Shown in pieces: positions 20,520-28,657 of a stretch of 64,000 nucleotides of DNA. Positions within the stretch are counted from its first letter, which is position 1, and each line of letters begins with the position of its first letter. The DNA lies in contig JBBQCM010000012.1 of the NCBI GenBank assembly GCA_038318725.1, positions 13,788 through 77,787 on the forward strand, in the 5' to 3' direction. The position numbers were made by a program, and so were the translations under genes. The notes below the pieces were generated by a model that made no database searches, had not been told where the DNA came from, and saw only the letters and a program-made list of their open reading frames with translations. Origin of the DNA: Chthoniobacterales bacterium. Lineage in GTDB: Bacteria > Verrucomicrobiota > Verrucomicrobiia > Chthoniobacterales > Chthoniobacteraceae.

Positions 20520-23032
20520 TACTTGCCGACCGCCGGCGCGGAGACGGTTTTGTTGATGAGGTCGCGGAGGCTGGTGCCGGTGAGTTCGTGGTAGGCGGCG
20601 ATGATCGTCGCAGCGTTGGCGCGGTTCCAAGGCGTCTCGCGGATTTTGGCGATCCAGGTTTTGAGGAAGGCTTCCTCGCGTCCTTCCGTGGCAGCGAGGA
20701 GGACGCGGGTGGCGAAATAGTAATGAGCGTGGGTGAGCGAATCGTCCTTTTGGGCAGGCTCATTTTCCACAGTCGGCCAAGCCGCGAGATCGATTTCCGC
20801 GGCGCGTTTGCCCAAGGAGGCGGGGTCAAAAAGTGACTCGAAAACCTTGAGCCCGAATTTGCCGCCGGGTTCGCCGAGCTGTCGGTCGCACGCGCGGATG
20901 GCCAGCAGATTGGCCACGCCTTCGCAAAACCAGCGACGATCCGCGCTCGCAATGACCTGCTCGACCAGCGTTGTCTCGACGAGTTCATGCACGCTGGAAA
21001 AAAGCGCCTGCTGGGCCGAGAGCCCCAGACCGTGCGACAGCTCGCCGCCCCCTATTCCAAGCTGTTCGGGGGTAATGGTTCCCGCGGCTTGAAGAAGCTG
21101 AATGGTGAAAGGGTCTTCTTTGCGGATCGCTGCCACCTGCGCATCGGCATCCTTGATATCCGCGATGCCGTGCTCGTTCAAAACGATGGCGTAAACTGGA
21201 GGCTGCTGGCTCGCCAGCATCTCCTTAAACGTATCGAGCGTCAGTGGTTTCTGCGCGTCGAATTGTCCCTTCGCTACGGTGGTAAATTTATAGATGCCTT
21301 TGTCGGTCACAGGATCATAGGAAAACCCCGGAATCTCCCGGCCCGCTTTGAGCAGCGCTTTGAGGTCGTTTTTGAACCAGACCTGAACCGAGCTGCCGTC
21401 GAAAATACGGACGAGGATTTGGGACGCATTGGCCAGCATCGCACCCTGCATCGCATACATATCCGCTTGCACACGGCTCGCCTGTAAACCCACTCCGCGG
21501 ATGCTCTCAAGCGTGGCATCGGTGATCGGAACGGGCGGCACGAGATCCTTGCCGAAACGCTCCTCGATGCGCTTGCGCGCTTCCTTGCTGAGCCCGGCCA
21601 GCTCGGGCCCGAGTTTGGCGACAGCACCCCGCAAGGCCGCTGGATGGGTGATCGTCAGGCCGTCAAAAACCTGGGTTTCGCGATCGGGCAGCGGTGGGGC
21701 CGGGGCGACCGTTGCCGGCGCTGGCTCCACCTTTGCGGCGCTGGCTTCGATCTTCTTTTTCAAAGCCGCCGCGAGTTCGGCGCGGGCAGCCAGAAAGCTG
21801 TCTTTGAATTTGGCCGGGTAGGCCGCTTCGACCGCCTCAGTGAAGCTGGCGACACTCTTGAAGCCGTATGCGGGAAGAGTGCGCTCGCTGCGCAGCTTTT
21901 GCAAAATGGGGCTGCCATCGTCGTCGCCTCCTTGGGCCAGCTTGAACAGCGTCAACGTAACGATGCGGCTGGCCGCGACCGCGAGTTGAGCCGAAGCCGG
22001 GTCTGGTTGCGGAAGTTTTCCGGAGAACGGGTTGAGAGATTCGAAAGCGCGGAGAAATTTAGCGGCGGCCTCCGGTTCTGCCGGAATCGGGAAAAAGAGG
22101 AGTTCTGAAAGCTTCTCACTCAGATTGTCGTCGGTGATCTTTCCCGAGGATTTGAGAGACGCGAAAAGGTAAAGCCGCGCGAGGGCCCGGATGAGCGTCT
22201 CCCCCTCGGGCGTGGACGCAGCCGCCGGAGTGAAATACCCGGCTCTGATCTCCGCTTGGACGACGGCCTCGGTCAGACACGTCTGAGAGGTGCTGGCGAG
22301 TTTTGCGACGACTTTTTGGAGGGCTACCGGCAGTTGACCAAGAAGATCGCGCTGGATGGAGGCCAGTTCCGCAGCCGAAGCGCCGGATTTGTAATAGAGC
22401 GGCAAATCGAGTCGAAAAGGCCTCAGTGCGGGCGGACGCAGGAGGTCGATGCCGATGGCCTGCCGAAATTGGGGCGGCGTGATGGAGAACTCGGTTCCTC
22501 CGGTCTTTGGGTCCGCGCCATAGCTGATCTCGGGGAAGACGGCGCGCTGATCCTGTTCGTAAATCTGCCCCGTGGCGTAGTTCCAGAAATTCAGCGCGCT
22601 GAGCTCGCCCGACCACTTTTCCCATTGCCCGATAAACGCGACGACCTCCTTGAGGGCCGCGTCGAAGCGGGCATCGAACGCTTTTTCATCGACCACCTTC
22701 AGAGCGATGAGGCGGGGGATTTGCGTCCGGTAGTTCTTCCGGAGGGATTCGGCGGAGATCGCCTCAATCACGGCTTCCGCTTCCGCTTTCGCGCCTTCCC
22801 GCCGCACGGCCCGATATTTCGCGATGGCCGGGAGCAGCAATTCAACGACGTCCGCTTCGTCGGCGGGATAGGTGATGGTGAGGCCGTCCACCTTCCGCGT
22901 GGCGACTTTGGTCGTGCCGAGATTCTTGGTGGTATTCGACAGCGTAAAGGTCTGCCCCGGCGCTGACGCAACCATGGCCAGCCCGACGAAACAATGCGCG
23001 ACGACAAGGACAGCGAGGGAGGTGATTTTCAT
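20519..23032 (-). CDS. Secreted hypothetical protein (837 aa from MKITSLAVLVVAHCFVGLAMVASA signal peptide)
   Basis: Long ORF with normal codon bias and an N-terminal signal peptide. No domain recognised by eye. It is bounded by direct repeats of the gltD 3' end (see findings). Confidence 0.7.
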   Translation of the reverse strand: MKITSLAVLVVAHCFVGLAMVASAPGQTFTLSNTTKNLGTTKVATRKVDGLTITYPADEADVVELLLPAIAKYRAVRREGAKAEAEAVIEAISAESLRKNYRTQIPRLIALKVVDEKAFDARFDAALKEVVAFIGQWEKWSGELSALNFWNYATGQIYEQDQRAVFPEISYGADPKTGGTEFSITPPQFRQAIGIDLLRPPALRPFRLDLPLYYKSGASAAELASIQRDLLGQLPVALQKVVAKLASTSQTCLTEAVVQAEIRAGYFTPAAASTPEGETLIRALARLYLFASLKSSGKITDDNLSEKLSELLFFPIPAEPEAAAKFLRAFESLNPFSGKLPQPDPASAQLAVAASRIVTLTLFKLAQGGDDDGSPILQKLRSERTLPAYGFKSVASFTEAVEAAYPAKFKDSFLAARAELAAALKKKIEASAAKVEPAPATVAPAPPLPDRETQVFDGLTITHPAALRGAVAKLGPELAGLSKEARKRIEERFGKDLVPPVPITDATLESIRGVGLQASRVQADMYAMQGAMLANASQILVRIFDGSSVQVWFKNDLKALLKAGREIPGFSYDPVTDKGIYKFTTVAKGQFDAQKPLTLDTFKEMLASQQPPVYAIVLNEHGIADIKDADAQVAAIRKEDPFTIQLLQAAGTITPEQLGIGGGELSHGLGLSAQQALFSSVHELVETTLVEQVIASADRRWFCEGVANLLAIRACDRQLGEPGGKFGLKVFESLFDPASLGKRAAEIDLAAWPTVENEPAQKDDSLTHAHYYFATRVLLAATEGREEAFLKTWIAKIRETPWNRANAATIIAAYHELTGTSLRDLINKTVSAPAVGK

Positions 23033-23120
23033 TCCAGAGGAGTCTTCGCGATGATGTACAACGCCGAAGGCAACTCCACCATCGCCAAAGCCCGAACCCT
23101 GCCGAAACGCGGCAAGCCCC

Positions 23121-23164
23121 ACAAGTCCGACCGCTACCTGATGGGCGGGACGGATCTCCCGTAG
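23121..23164 (+). repeat. Second, diverged copy of the last ~40 bp of gltD (encodes ..DRYLMGGTDLP* versus gltD ..[11 protein letters not shown])
   Basis: 31 of 36 nt are identical to 20381-20425, and the stop codon is conserved. Confidence 0.6.
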
Positions 23165-23170
23165 CCCGAC

Positions 23171-23446
23171 TTACGCCACGCGGACTTTTTCCTTCTTCGC
23201 TTCGCAGTCCTCGTTCACCCGGCGGATTTCGCGGGAGAGTTGCTGCTCGAGTTGGGCGACGTCCTCGTATTTCCCCTCGGAGAGTGCTTTGTCGATCTGC
23301 CCTTTCAAGAAGAGTTCCTGTTCGGCGATCTTCGCTTTCGCCGCGGATTCGAGTTCGGCGATTTCGGCTTTTTGAGCCGCGGTGAGGGTGTGGGAGGGAG
23401 CCTGTTTTTCAAGGCGTTCCATGGCGAGTTCGTAAGCGCTTTTCAT
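23171..23446 (-). CDS. Hypothetical small coiled-coil protein (91 aa)
   Basis: The ORF has E/K/A-rich heptad-like sequence and typical codon usage. No family assigned. Confidence 0.45.
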   Translation of the reverse strand: MKSAYELAMERLEKQAPSHTLTAAQKAEIAELESAAKAKIAEQELFLKGQIDKALSEGKYEDVAQLEQQLSREIRRVNEDCEAKKEKVRVA

Positions 23447-23452
23447 GCGGAA

Positions 23453-23557
23453 AGTTGGGGTTGAGGGTTGAGAGTTGAGAGCCGCAGCATACGGTGCGCG
23501 CTCTCATGCAGGAATCCTCGCCGCTCACCATCCAACACTCAACCCTCAACTCTCCGA
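23453..23557. repeat. GTTGAGR-heptamer inverted-repeat element, copy 1
   Basis: Left arm GTTGGGGTTGAGGGTTGAGAGTTGAGAG. Core hairpin GAGAGC-cgcagcatacggtgcgc-GCTCTC. Right arm CAACACTCAACCCTCAACTCTC. The arms match 18 of 19 bp (GTTGAGGGTTGAG[A/T]GTTG). Confidence 0.6.
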
Positions 23558-24327
23558 TCAAGCTACTGAGCACGGACTTCGACGGGACGGTGGTAAACCA
23601 CGATCAGCAGCCCGCAGTGGTGCCGGAGTTTTTTTCGGCGCTAATAGAAATGCGCGCGCGCGGAGTGCAGTGGGCGGTGAATACGGGGCGGGTGCTGTGG
23701 CACATCGAAGAGGGGCTGCGGGAGATGAATTTTCCAGTCGAGCCGGACTTCGTGCTGACTTCTGAGCGGGAGGTTTTTCACCGCGGAGCGGATGGACGAT
23801 GGCTGGATTTTGGCGACTGGAATGCGCGCTGCACGGCTGCCCACGACACGCTTTTCGCGCAGGCGGAGACGCTGCTCGCGGACATCGAGGCGTATCTGGC
23901 GGCGCATACGCGGGCGCATCCGATCTATGAGGGCGCGCGGCTCATCGGGCTGGCGGCGGAGTCGGACGAGGAAATGGACGGGGTGTGCGCGTTTCTGGAG
24001 AAGGAGGTCGTGCGGGTGCCGGGATTCCAGTTCATGCGCAATACGATCTATGTGCGGTTTTGCCACGAGGACTACAGCAAGGGGACGGCGCTGGCGGAAC
24101 TGGCGCGGCTGACGGGGTTGGAGCGCGGGCAGATTTTCGCGGCGGGAGATCACTATAATGACCTGCCGATGCTCGATGGGCGGCATGCGCAGTGGGTGGC
24201 GTGTCCGGGGAATGCCGTCGAGGCGGTGAAGCGCACCGTGAAGGAGGCGGGTGGCTTTGTGGCGCAGGGGGCGTGCAGCGCCGGGATTCTGGAGGCGCTG
24301 CGGCATTTTGGAGCAGTTGAGAGTTGA
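23494..24327 (+). CDS. HAD-superfamily hydrolase (Cof/HAD-IIB-like phosphatase)
   Basis: Motif I LSTDFDGT and motif IV GDHYNDLPML are present. The true start is uncertain (M at 23494 or 23506), and the N-terminal codons are supplied by the repeat element. The stop codon TGA lies inside the downstream heptamer repeat (gtt gag agT TGA). Confidence 0.8.
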   Translation: MRALMQESSPLTIQHSTLNSPIKLLSTDFDGTVVNHDQQPAVVPEFFSALIEMRARGVQWAVNTGRVLWHIEEGLREMNFPVEPDFVLTSEREVFHRGADGRWLDFGDWNARCTAAHDTLFAQAETLLADIEAYLAAHTRAHPIYEGARLIGLAAESDEEMDGVCAFLEKEVVRVPGFQFMRNTIYVRFCHEDYSKGTALAELARLTGLERGQIFAAGDHYNDLPMLDGRHAQWVACPGNAVEAVKRTVKEAGGFVAQGACSAGILEALRHFGAVES

Positions 24328-24452
24328 GATTCGAGTCCGCGAGAAGTCAGGTGGTTCTGCGGTGACAATCGAGAGTCGAGAGCCGCACAATGCGGGCTCA
24401 CGCATCGTCCGGCCAGGGCCGCGCGGTTCGCCCTTCAACCTTCAACTTTCCA
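24316..24452. repeat. GTTGAGR-heptamer inverted-repeat element, copy 2
   Basis: GTTGAGAGTTGAGATTCGAG ... CGAGAGTCGAGAGCCGCACAATGCGGGCTC ... CCCTTCAACCTTCAACTTTCC. It shares the GAGAGCCGCA core with copy 1. Confidence 0.55.
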
Positions 24453-24469
24453 CCTCCGCTTTGAAGCAG

Positions 24470-25108
24470 CGTCTCATCCAGCAAGTCGGCCGCAGTGCGC
24501 GGCTGCGGGTGCTCAACGAGCTGAAGCGGACGCAGGGTCTGTGCGTGACGGATTTGGCGGCGCGGCTCGGGATGAGTTACATGGGGATCAAGGACTTGTG
24601 CGTGGATTTGGAGAAACGCGGGCTGCTGGATACCTGGCGCTCCGCGCAGCCGCTGGGCCGCCCGCAGATGCTCTACCGGCTGACCGAGCGGGCCCATGAT
24701 CTTTTCCCGACGACGAGCAATGCCATGACCATCGACGTGCTCACGGCGGCGCAGAAGCTTTTCGGCACGACCGCGGCGGAAAAGCTCCTGCTCGTGGCCT
24801 TGCAAAAAAAGACGGAGCAATACGCGGCGCGCCTGAAAGGCGCCACGCTCGCCGAGAAAGCCAAATGGCTGGCGCGCCAGCGCGATCACGACGGCCACAT
24901 GGCGCAATGCGTGGCCGAGAAAGACGGCACGCTGCGCATCGTCGAGCATCATTCGCCAGTGCTGGATTTGCTGCGGGAGTTTCCGCTCGTCGCGCGATTG
25001 GAGTCCGAGATGTTTGCGCGACTGCTCGGCGTCCCGGTGCGGCGGGAGGAGGCGAGCGTGTCCGGGATGTTTCGGGCGACATTCGTCATCGGCGAGGGAG
25101 CGACTTAG
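24470..25108 (+). CDS. Winged-helix transcriptional regulator (ArsR/IclR-like HTH, RLRVLNELKRTQGLCVTDLAARLGMSYMGIKDLCVDLEKRGLL) with C-terminal helical domain
   Basis: The conserved HTH begins just after repeat copy 2. The track ORF from 24251 overlaps the HAD gene and is unlikely; a TTG start near 24470 is proposed but the start is uncertain. Confidence 0.55.
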   Translation, partial: RLIQQVGRSARLRVLNELKRTQGLCVTDLAARLGMSYMGIKDLCVDLEKRGLLDTWRSAQPLGRPQMLYRLTERAHDLFPTTSNAMTIDVLTAAQKLFGTTAAEKLLLVALQKKTEQYAARLKGATLAEKAKWLARQRDHDGHMAQCVAEKDGTLRIVEHHSPVLDLLREFPLVARLESEMFARLLGVPVRREEASVSGMFRATFVIGEGAT

Positions 25109-25148
25109 AATTACTAGAATAGGGCACCGCGACTGCTTCCAGTAAGGC

Positions 25149-26603
25149 GTGTACGCCCGCTGGAAATCAGACGATGAATACTCCCCGCTGCTCGGAGCCG
25201 AGAAACCCCCGTCCTCGCGCATCGAACTGCTCCCGTCGCCCACGCTTGATCTCGAAAGCCAGCTCAATGCGGAACTCGACGGGGCGTCGTGGGCGGTCAT
25301 CGCGTTTGCGCCGGAGGACGCGCTATGGGCGGACTGGCTGTATCGCAATCTCAATGGCTACCCCGTAGCTGCGCCGATCATCAAGCTGCCGACGGTCCAC
25401 GGGCTGCCGCGACCAGACTGTCTGTCCATTTTTCCCGACCGCCGCGACCCGCACCATGCCGCGCACTATCCGCAGGCGCTGGAGAAAAGCGGATACCTCG
25501 TGGTCGTCTGTTCGCCCCGCTCCGCGCACTGCCCGGAAGCGGACGCCCAGATTTGTGCGTTCAAAAAGGCGGGCGGCGAGGAGCGGATCATCGCGCTCGT
25601 GGTCGAGAGCGAGCCGGAGGGGGTGCTGGAAAAGATGCCCAAGACCGCGGCGCCCGAGTGGCTCCCAGCCTGGTTGCGCTGGCGTTTGAGCGGCGATGCC
25701 TTTGCCGAAGCCGACTCCAGCGAACCGCGCATCGTGGACGCGCGTCCGGGCCGCGCGAGTCTGAAAGAAGTGCGCGACATCCTGCTCGGCACGCTGCTCA
25801 CCGTGCATGCGTGGGAGCTGGAGGTGCTCGGTGCGCTGATGCGTCCGGTGGAAACCCTCCCCGCCGTGCCCAAGCCGGTGGTCATCGCGCGTGCGGTGGC
25901 GGCCCCGCCGCCCGTGGTTGCGGCCCCGCCGCGGAAAGTGGGACCGGTGGTGCTTACGACCGCCATTTGCGTGAGCGTGACCCTCGGAATCGCCTGGTGG
26001 TCCTTCGGACGGGTCGAAAACGACAAGACCCGTGCGCTGGCCGCACCGGTGCAGATCCTCGCGCCAAAAATCGCCAAGCACCTTTCCGAAGCGCCCGCCG
26101 AGGCTCTCCCTGCCGAAGTGCCTGCGCCCGTGGTCGAGGCCCCGGCTCCGCCGGTGGTCGCTTCCGTCCCGCCAGCCGCACCACCGCCCGCACAGATCAT
26201 CGTGCCGCCCGTTTCCTCCATCCCGCCTCTCGCGGTCGAAAGTGCCGGGCCGGCCGAGGCTCCCCCCGCCCGTGCGCTGATGATCGCTCTTCACCACCGC
26301 GGCGACGCCGCCGTCGGTGAGCGCCAGCTCGACGAAGCGCTTGGCTTTTACGAGGAGGCCATGGAAAGCGCCCGCGCCACCACCCCGCACGGTACTGCCG
26401 CAGTCAGAGCTGAGGCCGCCATCCTTTGTCGCAAACTCGGCACCCTCCAGCTCCAGATGGCCTCCACATCGGAGGCGCGCGCCAGCTTCGTCCAAGGCCG
26501 GAAAATCCTCCTCCAGTTGAAGAAGCAAGGAGCTTGGAACGCCGAACGCGCCAAAGTGCTCGCCGAGATCGAGGCCAGCCTTCGCCGCCTGCCGCGCGAC
26601 TGA
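25149..26603 (+). CDS. Membrane-anchored TIR-like domain protein with proline-rich linker and C-terminal TPR-like helical domain
   Basis: Residues ~45-170 ([26 protein letters not shown]...[24 protein letters not shown]...[12 protein letters not shown]) follow the bacterial TIR_2 pattern DVFISYA..D..WA.WL...L...G..V / vVVlSp..l.S.WC..EL / iiPv, with the conserved Glu retained. One TM helix ([20 protein letters not shown]) is followed by a PAPV-rich linker and a helical C-terminus. Confidence 0.6.
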   Translation: MYARWKSDDEYSPLLGAEKPPSSRIELLPSPTLDLESQLNAELDGASWAVIAFAPEDALWADWLYRNLNGYPVAAPIIKLPTVHGLPRPDCLSIFPDRRDPHHAAHYPQALEKSGYLVVVCSPRSAHCPEADAQICAFKKAGGEERIIALVVESEPEGVLEKMPKTAAPEWLPAWLRWRLSGDAFAEADSSEPRIVDARPGRASLKEVRDILLGTLLTVHAWELEVLGALMRPVETLPAVPKPVVIARAVAAPPPVVAAPPRKVGPVVLTTAICVSVTLGIAWWSFGRVENDKTRALAAPVQILAPKIAKHLSEAPAEALPAEVPAPVVEAPAPPVVASVPPAAPPPAQIIVPPVSSIPPLAVESAGPAEAPPARALMIALHHRGDAAVGERQLDEALGFYEEAMESARATTPHGTAAVRAEAAILCRKLGTLQLQMASTSEARASFVQGRKILLQLKKQGAWNAERAKVLAEIEASLRRLPRD

Positions 26604-26647
26604 TTTCCGCACGCCCCGTCCGGAGGGAAATTTTCCCCCAAAACCCG

Positions 26648-26675
26648 CTTGCCCTTTCATCCTTGCCCGCTACTT
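26648..26675 (+). promoter_or_regulatory. Candidate promoter for rpmI-rplT
   Basis: TTGCCC, a 16-nt spacer, then TACTTT. It lies 11 nt before the rpmI ATG. Confidence 0.25.
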
Positions 26676-26685
26676 TCGCCGCCCC

Positions 26686-26895
26686 ATGCCTCGATCCATT
26701 GCACGTCGCAAGACGAAAAAGTCCGCCGTTAAGCGTATCAAAGTGACCGGGACGGGCAAACTCATGCGCCGCAAAGCCGGCCTGCGCCACCTCGCCTCGA
26801 GCAAGAGCTCGAAGCGCAAACGCAAGCTCGGCAAAGACGGCGAGATCCACGTCACCCAGCGGGATCGCATGAAGGAACTGCTCCCGTTCGCGTAA
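26686..26895 (+). CDS. rpmI: 50S ribosomal protein L35
   Basis: 69-aa basic product [36 protein letters not shown]... Confidence 0.9.
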   Translation: MPRSIARRKTKKSAVKRIKVTGTGKLMRRKAGLRHLASSKSSKRKRKLGKDGEIHVTQRDRMKELLPFA

Positions 26896-27010
26896 GCGCG
26901 CACGCGGCATCCTCGATCCCGCCACCTGCTCCGCCTCGCGGGGTGCCTCAGCGAATGAGGTCGGCGGGATCATTCACTTAAACGAACAATTCGCTGAACC
27001 TAACAGGAGG

Positions 27011-27030
27011 CCCGGGCAACCGGGTTTTTA
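27011..27030 (+). terminator. Short GC hairpin + T5 in the rpmI-rplT spacer (attenuator-like)
   Basis: CCCGG-gcaa-CCGGG-TTTTT, immediately after an AGGAGG element. Confidence 0.3.
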
Positions 27031-27037
27031 ACCAACT

Positions 27038-27424
27038 ATGGCACGCGCCACCAATGCCCCCGCCAGCCGGGAGCGCCGCAAAAAAGTCGTCGATCTCGCC
27101 CGCGGATACCGCGGACGCCGCTCGAAGCTCTTCCGCTACGCGAAAGACGCCGTCTATAAGGCCCAGCACTGGGCGACCCGCGATCGCAAGACGCGCAAAC
27201 GCAATTTCCGGATGCTCTGGCAGCAGCGGATCAACGCCGCCGCCCGCGCCCAAGGGCTCACCTACTCCCGCTTCATGGAGGGGATCAAAGCCGCCGGGAT
27301 CGAGCTTGATCGCAAGATTCTCGCCGACCTCGCCGTGACCGACGAGGCCGCGTTCACCGCGATCTTCAACAAGGCCAAAGCCGCGCTCGACGAGAAACAC
27401 GCCGCCGCGAAAAAGGCCGCCTAG
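27038..27424 (+). CDS. rplT: 50S ribosomal protein L20
   Basis: Product [39 protein letters not shown]..., a typical L20. Confidence 0.9.
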   Translation: MARATNAPASRERRKKVVDLARGYRGRRSKLFRYAKDAVYKAQHWATRDRKTRKRNFRMLWQQRINAAARAQGLTYSRFMEGIKAAGIELDRKILADLAVTDEAAFTAIFNKAKAALDEKHAAAKKAA

Positions 27425-27448
27425 AGAGCCCGCTCAAAACCGTTTTCC

Positions 27449-27492
27449 GCAGCCTCGAATACGCCCGCGTGTTCGAGGCTGCGCTGTTTCAA
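27449..27492 (+). terminator. Hairpin terminator after rplT
   Basis: GCAGCCTCGAA-tacgcccgcgtg-TTCGAGGCTGC followed by GCTGTTTCAA (weak T-tract). Confidence 0.4.
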
Positions 27493-27496
27493 TGAC

Positions 27497-27606
27497 CATG
27501 ACGGAATGAGGAATGACGAAAGAAGCCTGAATGACGAAAGGCCGCGCTGAATTGTCATTCGCGCTTCGACATTCCTTCGTCATCCCTCATTCCTTATTCG
27601 TCATTT
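27497..27606 (+). promoter_or_regulatory. ~110-bp nested imperfect palindrome (AATGACGAAAG-containing) abutting the pheS start codon
   Basis: Left arm GGAATGAGGAATGACGAAAGAA (27503-27524) pairs 20 of 22 with right arm TTCCTTCGTCATCCCTCATTCC (27572-27593). The inner GAATGACGAAAGGCCGCGC...GCGCTTCGACATTC forms a second hairpin. Confidence 0.5.
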
Positions 27607-27612
27607 TTCCAC

Positions 27613-28626
27613 ATGGATCAGCAACTCGACCAACTCCGCACCGAAGCTCTCGTCGCCATCGCCGCGGCCGCTGATGAAACCGCCGTCGAACAGGCGCGCA
27701 TTCGCTTCCTCGGCCAGTCCGGCGCGCTCACGGCGCTGAGTAAGGGCATGAAGGACGTGTCGAAGGACGACAAGCCGCGCCTCGGCAAACTCCTCAACGA
27801 CGTGCGCAACGCCATCACCGCCGCGCTCGACGAGAGCAAAGCCGCGCTGCTCGCCAATGCCGATGCTGCCGCCTTCGCCGGCGTGGATGTCACGCTGCCC
27901 GGCACCGCCCCGCGTCCCGGTTCGCTGCACCCAATTACCCAACTCCAGGACCGCGCCATCCAGATCTTCCGCCGCATGGGTTTCGCCCTCGCCGATGGTC
28001 CCGACATCGAAACCGAGTGGCATTGCTTCGACGCCCTCAACACCCCCGCCGACCATCCCGCGCGCAATGAGCAGGACACCTTTTACATGCCGGACGGCCG
28101 GCTGCTGCGCACCCACACCAGCACCATCCAAATCCGCACGATGGAAAAGTGCGCGCCGCCCATCCGCATCATTGCGCCCGGTGCCGCATACCGCCGCGAC
28201 GAAGTCGATGCCACACACCTCGCGCAGTTCAACCAGATGGAGGGTCTCTACGTCGCCGAAGGCGTGAGCGTCGCCGACCTCAAAGGCACGCTCGAATTCT
28301 TTTTCCGCGAGCTTTTCGGTCCGGACGCCCAGTTCCGTTTCCGTCCGCACTTCTTCCCCTTCACCGAGCCCAGCTTCGAGGTGGATATCAAGACCCGCGC
28401 GCTCGGCGCGAGCGACCGCTGGCTGGAAATCGCCGGCTGCGGCATGGTCGATCCCGCCGTCTTTGAAAGCGTCAACGCCCGCCGCGCCGACACCGCCTTC
28501 GACCCCGAGCGCTTCACCGGTTTCGCCTTCGGCTTCGGCCTCGACCGCCTCGCCATGATCATGTCCGGCACGCCGGACATTCGCGCCTTCACCGAAAACG
28601 ACCTGCGCTTCCTCGCGCAATTCTGA
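27613..28626 (+). CDS. pheS: Phenylalanine--tRNA ligase alpha subunit
   Basis: The 337-aa product has class II aaRS motifs (FRPHFFPFTEPSFEVD, GCGMVDP, GFAFGFGLDRLAM). Confidence 0.95.
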   Translation: MDQQLDQLRTEALVAIAAAADETAVEQARIRFLGQSGALTALSKGMKDVSKDDKPRLGKLLNDVRNAITAALDESKAALLANADAAAFAGVDVTLPGTAPRPGSLHPITQLQDRAIQIFRRMGFALADGPDIETEWHCFDALNTPADHPARNEQDTFYMPDGRLLRTHTSTIQIRTMEKCAPPIRIIAPGAAYRRDEVDATHLAQFNQMEGLYVAEGVSVADLKGTLEFFFRELFGPDAQFRFRPHFFPFTEPSFEVDIKTRALGASDRWLEIAGCGMVDPAVFESVNARRADTAFDPERFTGFAFGFGLDRLAMIMSGTPDIRAFTENDLRFLAQF

Positions 28627-28657
28627 GTGCGCGTGTCACGCGCCAGGGGCTCCTGAC

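Noticed and set aside
24251-24469. Upstream extension of the wHTH regulator ORF (MALWRRGRAAPGFW...) overlapping the HAD gene
   Set aside because: It overlaps the HAD coding end and the repeat element. The conserved HTH begins only after 24470, so the extension is probably not translated.
25289-26660. Overlapping 343-aa (+) and 445-aa (-) ORFs across the TIR-like gene
   Set aside because: They are alternative frames of the same GC-rich stretch. Only the 25149 frame gives a TM helix plus TIR-like and helical domains.
27491-27545. Possible Phe-rich leader peptide (pheM-type attenuator) upstream of pheS
   Set aside because: The mini-ORFs here (MTMTE*, MRNDERSLNDERPR*) contain no Phe codons, so a classical Phe attenuator is not supported. 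The palindrome is reported separately.
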